A DNA stretch of 64,000 bases from Mobula hypostoma (taxonomy: Eukaryota): positions 17,546,001 to 17,610,000 of the forward strand of contig NC_086115.1 of assembly GCF_963921235.1 (NCBI RefSeq), read 5' to 3'. Position numbers and translations under genes: made by a program. The notes beneath the pieces were generated by a model. That model worked only from the letters and a program-made list of their open reading frames with translations, ran no database searches and was not told the DNA's origin. Positions within the stretch are counted from its first letter, which is position 1; each line of letters begins with the position of its first letter. Shown here one piece after another: positions 37,052 to 48,462 of this stretch.

Positions 37052-37960
37052 GTGGCTTCAAACTGCTGTTTCTGGATGGGTAGATCAGGGCGCCCCATCA
37101 TAGACGGCTAATTCTTGCTGTCCCGGACTCCACTACAATTCCCACTATTGCTGGAGAATAAACCTTCCGGTGCTGTTTGGGCGCGTCTTCAATGATGAAC
37201 CCGAGGTCATAGTGTGCTCCGGGTCTTTAATCATCAGACAACCTCGACTGGGCGACCCAGCCTTGGGGGTGATCAGCCCCCGACTTGCGTCCAAGTGGCG
37301 CACTAATCCACCGATCCCCCCTCCCCTCCGGATCCACAGCCACCGCGAGGCCTTTTCAGCAGCCTCCAGAATGTTCTTGGTGGCTCTTCTGCGCTGCAGA
37401 CCTGTAAAATGTTTCCCAAGATCATATTCGATTCCAATCAGCACTTGTCCAAAATTAATCTTTCTCATGTTAGTCTTACTTTTGCCTTCTCAAACTCTAC
37501 GTTAAATCCCAGTATGGTGTGACCACTAATAAATCCACATCGCTGACGTATTAAAAGACCGTCCTCTATTCTCACGGAGCTACACTTTATAAACTTCCGG
37601 CGCCATCTCATTTCCGAGGGCCTGTGGTCTCCCGGCTCTCTGGCTCCAGATCATTGTACACTCGTATTCGCCCTGAGGTCGCCTCTTCCATCCTGGTAGA
37701 AATCCTCCCGGAGCCCTGAACAATATTGCTCCCTCGATGAATGCTTAAAAAAAATCACCCGTCAAATTCTGGGACCTTGCTCTGTCGAAGCAGCGGGCTG
37801 CATCGTTCTCGCGCGATCTGCGCTTGCGGTCCAACTCCGTGGTGGTTCAGAGGGATGCGTGAGCAGGCAGGCCTCTGATACAGACAGTATTCTGAGGTGC
37901 AACACACATCAAAGTTGCTGGTGAACGCAGCAGGCCAGGCAGCATCTCTAGGAAGAGGTA

Positions 37961-37998
37961 CAGTCGACGTTTCGGGCCGAGACCCTTCGTCAGGACTA
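37961..37998 (-). ncRNA. Minimal (Penelope-type) hammerhead ribozyme
   Basis: Minus strand reads tagtc-CTGACGA-agggtctcggccc-GAAA-cGTC-gactg. This gives an intact core, helix I agtc/gact, helix II ggg/ccc, and palindromic ACGT in place of helix III. Confidence 0.75.
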
Positions 37999-39336
37999 AC
38001 TGAAGGAAGAGCTAGTAAGAGATTTGAAAGTGGGAGGGGGAGGAGGAGATCCAAAATGATAGGAGAAGACAGGAGGGGGAGGGATGGAGCCAAGAGCTGG
38101 ACATGTGATTGGCAAAAGGGATATGAGAGGATCATAGGACAGGAGGTCCGGGGAGAAGGAAAAAGGTTGGGGGGGAGGGACCCAGAGGATAGGCAAGGGG
38201 TATAGTGAGAGGGACAGAGGGAGAAAAAGAAGAGAGAGAGAAAGAATCGATGTATATAAATAAATAACGGGTAGGGTACGAGGGGGAGGTGGGGCATTAG
38301 CGGAAGTTAGAGAAGTCAATGTTCATGCCATCAGGTTGGAGGCTACCCAGACGGAATATAAGGTGTTGTTCCTCCAACCTGAGTGTGGCTTCATCTTTAC
38401 AGTAGAGGAGGCCGTGGATAGACATATCAGAATGGGAATGGGATGTGGAATTAAAATGTGTGGCCACTGGGAGATCCTGCTTTCTCTGGCGGACAGAGCG
38501 TAGGTGTTCAGCAAAACGATCTCCCAGTCTGCATCGGGTCTCGCCAATATATAGAAGGCCACATCGGGAGCACCGGACGCAGTATATCACCCCAGCTGAC
38601 TCACAGGAGAAGTGTCGCCTCACCTGGAAGGACTGTCTGGGACCCTGAATGGTGGTAAGGGAGGAAGTGTAAGGGCATGTGTAGCACTTGTTCCACTTAC
38701 AAGGATAAGTGCCAGGAACACCTTATATTCACTCAGGTTGGAGGAACAACACCTTATATTCCGTCTGGGTAGACTCCAACCTGATGGCATAAACATTGAC
38801 CTCTCGAACTTCCTCTAATGCCCCACCTCCCCCTCGTACCCCATCCGTTATTTATTTGGTCATGTGTGACGCCCAGCAAAGGTACCGGACTGATGATGCT
38901 AATAAGAGAGATAAAGACAATGGAGAAACATTCAAAAAGCTAATAAGAGAGAAGAGAGGGATTAACGAGAAAGGAACACAATTCAGCTATTGACAGACCG
39001 GTTGCTTTGAACCTGAACTGTTTGAAGTTTGATGGACAGATGTTACCCGAGCAGGGGGATAAAAGGAGCAGGTTTGCTAAGGCACGCGACATCACGAGAC
39101 CCTGGGAAAAGCAGTGTGCCCCCACAAGTTGGTGGCAGTTTGGAGGTCCGGTTCGCGGAGACCGACCAGAGGCTCACAGGGTGTAAAAGTACGATCGGTG
39201 GGAACCTGGGGTGTGTGTCCGCCCTTGCCTGGGTACCGGGTTCACCGCGGAAGAACGATCGTATCCGGAACGGAGGAGGTCACAGTCGGTGACCACAGCG
39301 GGATAGAAGACATCAAAAGGTCTGCCTGAAACCAAA

Positions 39337-39379
<43 letters not shown>

Positions 39380-39677
39380 CAACGGGAGGACAACAGCGAT
39401 TATGGCGAACTGCACTAAACTAAACTGAATTCTGCTTCACTTAAGACTGATCATTTTACCGCTAGACTGCGATAGAGCCTGGTTGATTCCTATTACTCTA
39501 GTTCTGTGTATACGTGTGTATTATCATTGCTAACCTGTTACATTGATATCCTTGCGATTAGTGTACTGTATTACTTATTTCTTTAATAAAACTTTTTTAG
39601 TTCCTAGTAATCCAGACTCCAATGAGCGTTCCATTTCTGCTGGTTTGGCAACCCAGTTACGGGGTACGTAACATAAG

Positions 39678-39705
39678 TGGGGGTTCGCCGTCCGGGATTT
39701 TGAAC
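39678..39705 (+). other. Primer-binding site complementary to the tRNA-Pro 3' end
   Basis: tgggggttcgccgtccgggattttgaac compared with the tRNA-Pro complement TGGGGGCTCGTCCGGGATTTGAAC, 4 nt after the 5' LTR. Confidence 0.8.
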
Positions 39706-39774
39706 GCCAAATTTGGGACCGGGTAAATTGATTGGGTTAAAATTCCCGAAAGAAAGAAAGGGCAAACAGCAGAA

Positions 39775-41054
39775 ATGGAGATTGAGGAATTTCTAAAGGA
39801 TGCCAGGAAATCAGAACTGGCAACTGTTGCAAAATGGTTGAATCTTTTTAAGGGGAAGTCGACAATGAGGAGAGCGGAGATGCACAGAGCTATCGTTGAG
39901 CATTATGTATCTAAAGGTGTGTTTCCCCACGGGGAGCTGGAGGTTGTGTCTATGAGCAAACCTGGTAGAGAAGCAGTGCAGCTGCAGATGGAAAAATTGA
40001 GACTCGAGCACGAGTTCCGAGTCAAGCAATTAGAACGAGAAGAAAAGCAGTTAGAACGGGAGGAGAGAGTAAGACAGTTAGAACGAGAAGAGAGAGAGAA
40101 GGAAAGAGAGTTTGAGCTGGAGAAGTTAAGGATGACGCTAGAGAAGGGCCACATGCCGAACCAAGGTGGAGGGTTCAGGGCGACCCAGGAGGTTAGGTTG
40201 GTTCCCCCATTTGAGGAGGCCGATGTTGATCGATACTTTCTACATTTTGAAAAAGTCGCTGCAAGTCAGGACTGGCCAAGGGATAAGTGGGCTGTTTTGC
40301 TTCAGAGCGTACTTAAAGGGAAAGCTCAACAAGCTTACTCAGTGTTGTCAGCAGAAGATGCCCAGAGGTATGATGCGGTGAAAGAGGCGATACTCAGGAT
40401 TTATGAGTTGGTCCCGGAGGCATACCGGCAGAGGTTCCAGAATGTGAGGAAGCAGTGGGCTGCACGTATTTAGAGTTTGCCCGTGAGATGCAGATGTATT
40501 GTGAGCGTTGGTGCACCTCGAAAGGGGTCAGTGGGGATTATGACAGACTGCTACAGCTAATACTGATTGAGCAATTTAAAGGTTGTGTCCCTGAAGGTAT
40601 GAGGCCCTATCTAGATGAGAAAGAGGCAGAAACCTTAGTCGCAACTGTTCAGTTAGCAGATGAGTATGCGTTAACACACAAAGCAAAGTTTACCCCAAGT
40701 AAAAGCTACCAGAAGGGTAGTCGAGAGGGCGGAGAGAGTCCGCCGGAAAAGCCAGAAAGTAAGCCGGGGACTAGTGAGAAGGATAAGGAAGACAGGAGGC
40801 AGTTTGGTAGGAAGTCTCCTGGGGTTGTATGCTATAATCGTGGGAAAGCCGGTCACATTGCGTCCAGGTGCTTTGCCCCAAAGAAGGAGACGGGGAAAGG
40901 GAAAACGACGACTCCGACTGGCTGTATTGAGCTGGCAAACAAACTGCTCGGGGAGAAGAAGTCTGATAGAGTTCAGGAAGGGCGCGAGAAGTTTATTTCG
41001 GCCGGATTGGTGTCGGTGAAGGAGGGTTTAAACCCATTTCCAGTACAGATCTGA
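39775..41054 (+). pseudogene. Gypsy gag (coiled coil, capsid/SCAN-like region, degenerate CCHC knuckle), frameshifted near 40460
   Basis: YFLHFEKVA..WP...LKGKAQQAY, ELVPEAYRQRF, LILIEQF...QLADEY, CYNRGKAGHIASRC. Confidence 0.85.
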
Positions 41055-41201
41055 AGATACACTGGGCTTGTCAGTCACTGATCTTAAGGAGAGTGTTAGA
41101 ATTTAGTTCAGAGACCCAGACTGGGGAGGTCAGGGTGATAAAAGGCATTGGGAAAGGGACTGAAGCAGTACCTTTGCACCAGATACACCTAAAAAAACGA
41201 C

Positions 41202-43448
41202 TTGATCTCCGGACCGGTCACTATAGGGGTGAGGCCCGAATTACCGATGGAAGACGTGGAGGTCTTACTCGGTAATGACCTTGCAGGCAGTGATGTGTAC
41301 CCAGCAGTAAAGCTGACAAGCAAGCCTGCCAGAATTGAAGCCCCGCCCATGGACTCACAGATTTATCCCGTTTGCGCAGTGATTCGGCGCATGTCCAGAA
41401 AGTCTGCCGAAGCAAATGTAGATTTAGCTGAGACGTTTTTACCAGCCTTGTACCAGGAGGGGTTAGAAAGTGAGAAGGAGGAGCATAGTGGAGTGGAAGG
41501 AAGTGAGGGAGTTGAGGCAGATTTATCATTAGCAAGGAAGGAATTTATACAGGCACAGGAGCGAGACGAGGAGCTGATGGTTTTGACGGAGACAGCTCTC
41601 TCCGAAGCAGAAATAAAAGAGGAACCAGTGGGCTATTATGTGAAGGAGGGAGTACTGATGAGGAAGTGGAGACCAAGTACCGTGCCCGCAGATGAGGAGT
41701 GGGGGGTCGTACATCATGTGGTAGTGCAGAAAATTCATAGGGCCGAGACTTTTAACCTGGCCCGCAAGATACCCCTCGGTAGATGCTTTGGGATGAGGAA
41801 AACAGTCGATAGAATTATGAAAGAGTTTTACTGGCCGAACATGAGGAAGGACATTTTTGAATATTGTAGACGTGAGCCGACACAGTTAGAGCCCATTAAT
41901 ATGTTAAAAGCTTGCCACGATCAGAAAGCAGATCTAGTTGGTGTTATCACGAAAATTACTGAGGCTGGGGTGCCAAATGATAAGGGGAAAACCCATCTTG
42001 AAAAGATAAATATGGTGCCGACCAGATTGGAGAACTCTATTGTTTTGGCCAACTTTGCTGATAAGGTCTCTCAGTTAACCCCCGAACAGAGCGAGCCGCT
42101 GATAAAGCTAATTAACCGGCATGCCGATGTATGTCCGGATGTCCCGAGGCGATGCACGGAGACGGTACGTGATGTTGTTGTCACCGCAGATCAGCCTATT
42201 AAACAACACCCCTATAGGATGAACTTGGAGAAGGGCAAGCTAGTGGAGAAAGAAATTGAACACATTCTAGCCACAGATATTATTAGGCCATCCAAGTCGG
42301 AATGGGCCTCTCCCTGTGTGGTTGTCCCGAAAGTCAGTGGGAGCATACGATTCTGTACAGATTACAGAAAAGTGAACGCCATCACAAAAACTGATGCGTA
42401 CCCCATGCCAATGGTGGACAATTGCATCGATAAAGTGGGGAGAGCCAAGTACATCACAAAGATCGATTTGCTGAAAGGGTACTGGTGCGTTCCTTTAACC
42501 GACCGGGCTAGAGAAATCTCAGCATTTGTCACTCCATCTGGGTTATACGAGTATAATGTCTTACCTTTTGGCATGAAAAACACCCCAGGGACCTTCCAGA
42601 GGATGATTAATTCAGTGATAAAAGGGTTAAAGAACGCAGAAGTGTATATTGACGATTTAGTGGTCTGGAGTGACACGTGGGAGGAGCACATTGTGGCAGT
42701 AGAGGAACTGTTTAAACGGCTGTCTGAAGCCAACCTGACAGTGAACCTCGCAAAAAGTGAATTCGGCCACACTAAGGTCACTTATCTGGGATTTGTGGTA
42801 GGACAGGGGCAGCTGGCCCCGATGCAGGCTAAGGTGCAGGCTATCTCTGAAGTTCCCATCCCGACGGACAAGAGAGCCCTGAGAAGGTCCTTGGGGATGG
42901 TGGGGTGCTATCGGAAGTTTTGCAAAAACTTTGCGGATATTACCCTCCCTCTTACTAAGCTCTTGCCGAAGAATGCGAAGTTTGTGTGGCACGACCTTTG
43001 TCAACAGGCCTTTGAGAGTTTGAAGGCGATTCTGTGTCACCATCCTGTATTGAATGCGCCTGACTTTTCAAAACCTTTCTCCCTAGCAACAGATGCTAGC
43101 GACGAAGCAGCCGGGGCGGTGCTGTTACAGACAGACAATGAGGAGATTGACCACCCAGTGGCTTATTTTTCTAAGAAGTTTAATGTCCATCAGAGAAATT
43201 ATTCCACTGTGGAGAAGGAATTACTGGCAATCATACTAGCATTACAACATTTTGAGGTTTATATTTGTCCGGCACGGAAACCACTGATAATTTACACTGA
43301 TCATAATCCATTAGTGTTTTTGGCCACTATGAAGGATAAAAACAAATGCTTACTAAGTTGGAGCCTGGTCTTACAGGAATTTGTTATTAGAATAAAACAT
43401 ATAAAAGGAACGGACAATGTGATTGCTGACTGTCTATCAAGGTGTTAA
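41202..43448 (+). CDS. Gypsy pol (end of protease, integrase Zn-binding remnant, RT, RNase H); integrase core deleted
   Basis: LLGNDL; FGMRKT..RI...FYWPNMRKDI..YCR; IRFCTDYRKVN; DLLKGYW; LPFGMKN; VYIDD; LATDAS; YSTVEKELLAI; YTDHNPL; NVIADCLSR. Confidence 0.9.
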   Translation: MISGPVTIGVRPELPMEDVEVLLGNDLAGSDVYPAVKLTSKPARIEAPPMDSQIYPVCAVIRRMSRKSAEANVDLAETFLPALYQEGLESEKEEHSGVEGSEGVEADLSLARKEFIQAQERDEELMVLTETALSEAEIKEEPVGYYVKEGVLMRKWRPSTVPADEEWGVVHHVVVQKIHRAETFNLARKIPLGRCFGMRKTVDRIMKEFYWPNMRKDIFEYCRREPTQLEPINMLKACHDQKADLVGVITKITEAGVPNDKGKTHLEKINMVPTRLENSIVLANFADKVSQLTPEQSEPLIKLINRHADVCPDVPRRCTETVRDVVVTADQPIKQHPYRMNLEKGKLVEKEIEHILATDIIRPSKSEWASPCVVVPKVSGSIRFCTDYRKVNAITKTDAYPMPMVDNCIDKVGRAKYITKIDLLKGYWCVPLTDRAREISAFVTPSGLYEYNVLPFGMKNTPGTFQRMINSVIKGLKNAEVYIDDLVVWSDTWEEHIVAVEELFKRLSEANLTVNLAKSEFGHTKVTYLGFVVGQGQLAPMQAKVQAISEVPIPTDKRALRRSLGMVGCYRKFCKNFADITLPLTKLLPKNAKFVWHDLCQQAFESLKAILCHHPVLNAPDFSKPFSLATDASDEAAGAVLLQTDNEEIDHPVAYFSKKFNVHQRNYSTVEKELLAIILALQHFEVYICPARKPLIIYTDHNPLVFLATMKDKNKCLLSWSLVLQEFVIRIKHIKGTDNVIADCLSRC

Positions 43449-45844
43449 AACTTAAAGTTCTCTGTATTAGCCGAATAGCTGATGACTACCAGTATATTAG
43501 TGTGTATCTAATAATGTGCATTCATGCCCATAATTTTTACCCCGGTAAAAGTCCTTTTAATGGTGGGGGTGTCATGTGTGACGCCCAGCAGAGGTACCGG
43601 ACGGATGATGCTAATGAGAGAGATAAGAAAGACAATGGAGAAACATTCAAAATGCTAATGAGAGAAAAGAGGGATTAACGGGAAAGAAACACAATTCAGC
43701 TATTGACAGACCGGTTGCTTTGAACCTGAACTGTTTGAAGTTTGATGGACAGATGTTACTCCAGCAGGGGGATAAAAACAGCAGGTTTGCTAAGTCACGT
43801 GACACCACAAGACCCTGGGAAGAGCAGTGTGCCCCCACAAGTTGGTGTAGTTTGGAGGTCCGGTTCTCGGAAACCGACCAGAGGCTCACAGGGTGTAAAG
43901 GTACGATCGGTGGGAACCTGGGGTGTGTGTGTCCGCCCTTGCCTGGGTGCCGGGTTCACCGCGGAAGAACGATCGTATCCGGAACGGAGGGGTCACAGTC
44001 GGTGACCACAGAGGGATAGAAGACATCAAAGGGTCTGCCCGAAACCAAACTGCGAAGGCATCCAAAAGGTCTGCCTGAAACCAATTGCATCTCTCTCTGT
44101 CTGTCTCTCTCTGTCTCTCTGTCTCTCTCTCTCCAACGGGACGACAACAGCGATTACGGCGAACTGCACTGAACTGATCTGAATTCTGCTTCACTTAAGA
44201 CTGATCATTTTACCCCTAGACTGCGATAGAGCCTGGTTGATTCCTATTACTCTAGTTCTGTGCATACGTGTGTATTATCATTGCTAACCTGTTACATTGA
44301 TATCCCTACGATTAGTGTACTGTATTACTTATTTCTTTAATAAAACTTTATTAGTTCCTAGTAATCCAGACTCCAACGAGCGTCCCATTTCTGCTGGTTT
44401 GGCAACCCAGTTACGGGGTACGTAACAATTTATATACACACATTCTTTCTCTCTCTCTTCTTTTTCTCTGTCTGTCCCTCTGACTATACCCCTTGCCCAT
44501 CCTCTGGGTTTTCCCCCTCCCCCTTTTCCCTCTCCCTGGGCCTCCTCATATCCCTTTTGCCAATCACCTGTCCAGCTCTTGGCTCCATCCCTCCCCCTCC
44601 TGTCTTCTCCAACCATTTTGGATCTCCCCCTCACCCTCCCACTTTCAAATCGCTCACTAACTCTTCCTTCAGTTAGTACTGGCCCGAGGGGTCTCGGCCC
44701 GAAACGTCGACTGCACCTCTTCCTAGAGATGCTGCCTGGCCTGCTGCGTTCACCAGCAAATTTGATGTGTGTTGCTTGAATTTCCAGCATCTGCAGAATT
44801 CCTGTTGTTTAAGTATTCTGAGGTATATGGACGACAGGGACACGGTGAACACGAAGGTGGCTGATCTCTGCTTCATCGGCCCCCCTCCCGCAGTTAGCTC
44901 TGCCATGGCACTAATCGCATTCACCCTCTGGGTAAGACTCGGAGAGCTCTCGTGCCTTTTCTTCCATCTGTGGCCCTAAGTAGCTGCTTGCGGGCGACAG
45001 CGGCCAAACCCCGATACCGCGCCTAGACAAGCGGGCTAAACCAGGCGAGGAGAGCCGGCGGGCCTCACACCTAAATGAGATAGGGACTTGCCTTTTGTAG
45101 CTTGTGAAGCCATCGCCGGCGGTCCAGGCAGGTGAGATCTACTGTGAGATCCAACGGCGGGGGAGGCAGTTCTGCAACGCTCCGCGGAAGCGAAAGGCTT
45201 GACGGGGAACGGGAGCCATGGCCACCCACTGCAACCTAGAAAGACCCCAGTCTGTGACGACTGCTGGTACCAGTGGACCCGGATTTCCGAGTACAACGGC
45301 GTTTCCACTTTAAAAGCTCCCCAGCACTGGTCTCCTGTCGTCGCTGGATACGACGGACAACAAACTCAGAGCCAATTACAGTGACAATCAATAATACTAG
45401 AAATTAAAATGTTCTCATCCTTGTCAAGGGTTGTATTTATCCCTTGCGCTGCCCAGCGGTCCAGCAACACCTCCACGGTACCGGTGCACACCCTTTGTTT
45501 CCTCCCCACGATCACCGGGCACAGACACACCCCCGGAACACCGCTCCTACGCCGGAGCCACTGGCAACATGGATCGGATCTGTCTACAAGAGGGTCACAG
45601 CTGAAGTCCTTGTTTGCATTCACAGTTATAGATCGGTAGTCTCACATCAGTAGAGGCAGCAGGTCACCTACCGAAAATAGGTGACCTATCCTCCACAGAG
45701 AACGGCTTCTCTGTTGAACCTTCCCAGGGCTGTGCACCGCCAGCGGTGCAGGGGTTTAAATTGGAGGACGTTTCGTGCTCAGGCCGGAAACCTTACTTCG
45801 CCCACGCTGCGCACAAACTCCATTCGATATCCACGCCAGGTCCG

Positions 45845-45957
45845 TCAAAATAAGTAGACGGTTCGGTAGTTTACCTTGTCCACTGTGCAAGCGTATTGAT
45901 CAATGAGGATGGAGTCTTCATCAAGTTTATCCTCATAATGATGGAAGTTTTTCCTGG
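45845..45957 (-). CDS. GGH-like last coding exon (ARKNFHHYEDKLDEDSILIDQYACTVDKVNYRTVYLF*)
   Basis: Acceptor ctctcttcacAG at 45958-45960, phase 1. Matches the GGH C-terminus ARKN.HHF. Confidence 0.88.
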
Positions 45958-46769
45958 CTGTGAAGAGAGCATAGCAGTAAGAGCTGAACAGGATGAGGGC
46001 CTGTGTCGTCACAGTACGGAACGACGACAAAGTTCAAGGTAAATTTATTATCAAAATACATATACGGTTACTGTTGAGTGCCATAACCCTGAAACTCATT
46101 TTCTTGCATTCACAGTATGACAAAAGAAAAATTAAACAACGCACACAAGAGAAACAACCAATTGGCAAAATATGACAAACTGTGCAAATAGAAGATAATA
46201 ATAATCTTTATCATCATCATAACGATGATGAAATAAGAGCGAAACATCAAGACATGCGATGAAGAGTCTTTGAAAGTGAGTCCATAGGTTGTGGGAACAG
46301 TTCAATGTTGGGGTAAGTTAAGTTAACCCCTCTAGTGCAGGAACCTGATGGTTGCGGGGTAATAACAGTAAGTGTTCCTAAACCTGGTAGTGCGAGTCTT
46401 GAAGCTCCTGATGGCAGCAGCGAGAAGAGAGCGTGACCTGGATGGGCGGGGTAGGGGTGTCCCTGTCGATGGATGCTGCTTTCCTGCCACCGCGTTCCAC
46501 GTAGTTGTGCTCAATGGCGGAGAGGGTTTTACATGTGGAGGGCAGGGGCCGGCGTCTGCTCTACAAATTAGCCATGGACAAACAGCTGGTGAAGTAACTT
46601 TGAGCTTTGTGGAGATAACAGGGAGGGTAATGAATATCGAGCGTTCGGTGAAGCCTACAACCCGTTGGCGAGCGTCCACGTTACGGGCTGACCAGGAGGG
46701 CAGAGGAGCCAGAGAAGATGGTAACTGGGGTGGAATTCTCAGTGGGAGTAAGGACGGTGGAGAGGGGAG

Positions 46770-47560
46770 CTTCAGTCCAAGGGCCGCGGGTTCAACAGGG
46801 CTCGAATCTTGGATCCCTGCGCTTGTGAAGTGTAACAATGATTTGGATTTTAATGTAGATACCATAGTAGAGAAGTCTGTTGATAGTGTCAAGGTGGCGA
46901 GGGACGTCGGGCTTCTGTATTGAAGAAAGTATACTGGGATGCGTCAGGGTATAACATATAAGAGCAGGTGGTCCGTGGTAGAGAATTGTGAAACATTTGT
47001 TTTACCACAGTTGCGATACTGTGGTAAAAAATAGACAAACATCGAGTTCGTAATGCTGCAGCTTTATAAAACCCTGGTTATACCACACTTCGAATATCGT
47101 GTTCAGTTCTGGTCGCCTCGTTATAGGAAGGATGTGGGAGCTTTAGAGGGGGCCGCAGAGGAAATGTGCCAGGATGCTGCCTGGATCAGAGACTAGGTCT
47201 TATGGGGATAGTTTGAGCGAGCTCGGGCCTTTCTCTTTGGAACGAAGGAGAATGAGAATTGACTTGATAGAAGTGTACAAAATGATAAAGAGGAATAAAC
47301 GATTAGACTTATTCCCAGAAAGGAAATGGCTAACACAGGGGCAAAATTTTAAGAAGATTGGAGAAAAGTATAGGGGCTGTCAGAGGTAAGTTTTCTACAC
47401 AGCGAGTGGTAGGTGGGGGGAAAGCCCTGCCGGTGGTGGCGGACAGGAGATATATTAGGGGAATTTAAAAAACTCTTTCGCACACTCTGAGATCGATCTC
47501 AGAGTAGGATAAGAGGTGGACAAAACATTGTGGGCCGCAGGGCATGTACTGTGCACAGAT
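46770..47560 (+). mobile_element. CR1 3' fragment (degenerate) in a GGH-like intron
   Basis: ORF 47174 (LSELGPFSLERRRMRIDLIEVYKMIK) and cagttctggtcgcct. Confidence 0.75.
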
Positions 47561-48324
47561 TCACTGGGATGGTGCCTGTGGTGCAGCGTGCCAGTTATGA
47601 AGAGAGACTGGAGAGGCTGTTTGTTTTCCTTGGAGCGTAGCAGGCTAGCGGTGGGAGCGGCGGCGAGGGTGCATACAAAATCTGGGCCTCCATTCTTTCT
47701 GCCAGAGGGGAACCCGTGAGCGCCGAAGCTGACCTCTCGCTGCCCCCTTCTTCTTCCTCTTAAGCCCATCACATGGTAGGGCGCCGACAGCGGCTCACCC
47801 GTCCTGGGACAGTCTGTCCCCAGGTGTAGCCCATTTTCTTTGTGTATCCCCTGGATGAAGCCCCCGGAACCACTGTTAGCGTTTCTGTAGATCTGGGTTT
47901 TTTACGGAATGGGTTGCTCTCCTCATGCCCGACCAGAGGCCCTTTCGCAGCCGGACCAGAGACCGTCCATTTCCTACTGGTTACTTCCTGTTTCAGCGAA
48001 GGTCTTTGATTCCACCCACTGCTAGTGTGTTTGGTGCCTCTTGGGATAATTTGTTACTGCTGCAATGTTTGCCTTTCGGAATAGGATAGGCCGAGTGATA
48101 TTTTCTGCAGCCTGCCTTCAAGTTTCCATTCCACCTCCGCGCAGACACTGATGAAGACGCGACTGATCACTGCTGGACGGATGCACAGACCTAAGAGGTG
48201 TGTTGAGATTATCTCCAGGCTGGACTCCCTAAAAGGGTGATTCCCCCGCCTCTCCTGCCTATTCCCCCTCCTCTCCTACGGGCATCGTGTTAAATTGACT
48301 CAGACAGTGTTTCTGAAGACTCAC

Positions 48325-48462
48325 CTTCACTGACGAAGAACTCGGCCATTAGGAAGGAAATCCTGACTCCGAGGGGGCTGTGTGGAATATCCATTCTCTT
48401 CTTCCAGAAGTAGCGGTTACCTTCCGGGTGCCATTGTGTGCCATAAATTGGATATAGGAACG
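48325..48462 (-). CDS. GGH-like exon (AFLYPIYGTQWHPEGNRYFW...PHSPLG...AEFFVSE), catalytic His/Glu
   Basis: Acceptor cttcccttgcAG and donor GTgagt, 138 nt, QWHPE motif of peptidase C26. Confidence 0.93.

Larger units (their letters stand above)
38858..44427 (+). mobile_element. Gypsy LTR retrotransposon, Gmr1-like (SCAN-containing gag; PR-INT-RT-RH order)
   Basis: LTRs at 38858-39673 and 43570-44427 (tgtcatgtg...gtaaca; first base of the 5' LTR is G). 4-bp TSD ATTT at 38854-38857 and 44428-44431. PBS and PPT present. Confidence 0.95.
37899..44811. mobile_element. Penelope-like element with inverted structure (GIY-YIG ORF 38297-38623 on -, inverted pLTR copy on + from about 38717), 13-bp TSD
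   Basis: TSD agtattctgaggt at 37886-37898 and 44812-44824. ORF VIYCVRCSRCGLLYIGET..RFAEHL...LGSLQPDGMN is a GIY-YIG endonuclease. Confidence 0.92.
37175..45360 (-). mobile_element. Internally deleted RLE-type (Hero-like) non-LTR element split by nested insertions (3' part about 37175-37885, 5' part about 44825-45360)
   Basis: C-terminal GLQRRRATKNILEAAEKASRWLWIRR and a 3' UTR (ctgatcacc..ggctgggtcgcc..gtctgatg..aaagaccc) resemble recalled Hero elements. The two halves are joined by the Penelope TSD. Confidence 0.55.

Noticed and set aside
38885-38935. Hammerhead-like CTGATGA...GAAA in the Gypsy 5' LTR
   Set aside because: No helix II complementarity, and the 3' LTR has cggatga at the same place.
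46332-46923. Overlapping 183-186 aa ORFs on both strands
   Set aside because: Composite of Rex1-like and CR1 debris within the last GGH-like intron, with no coherent domain.
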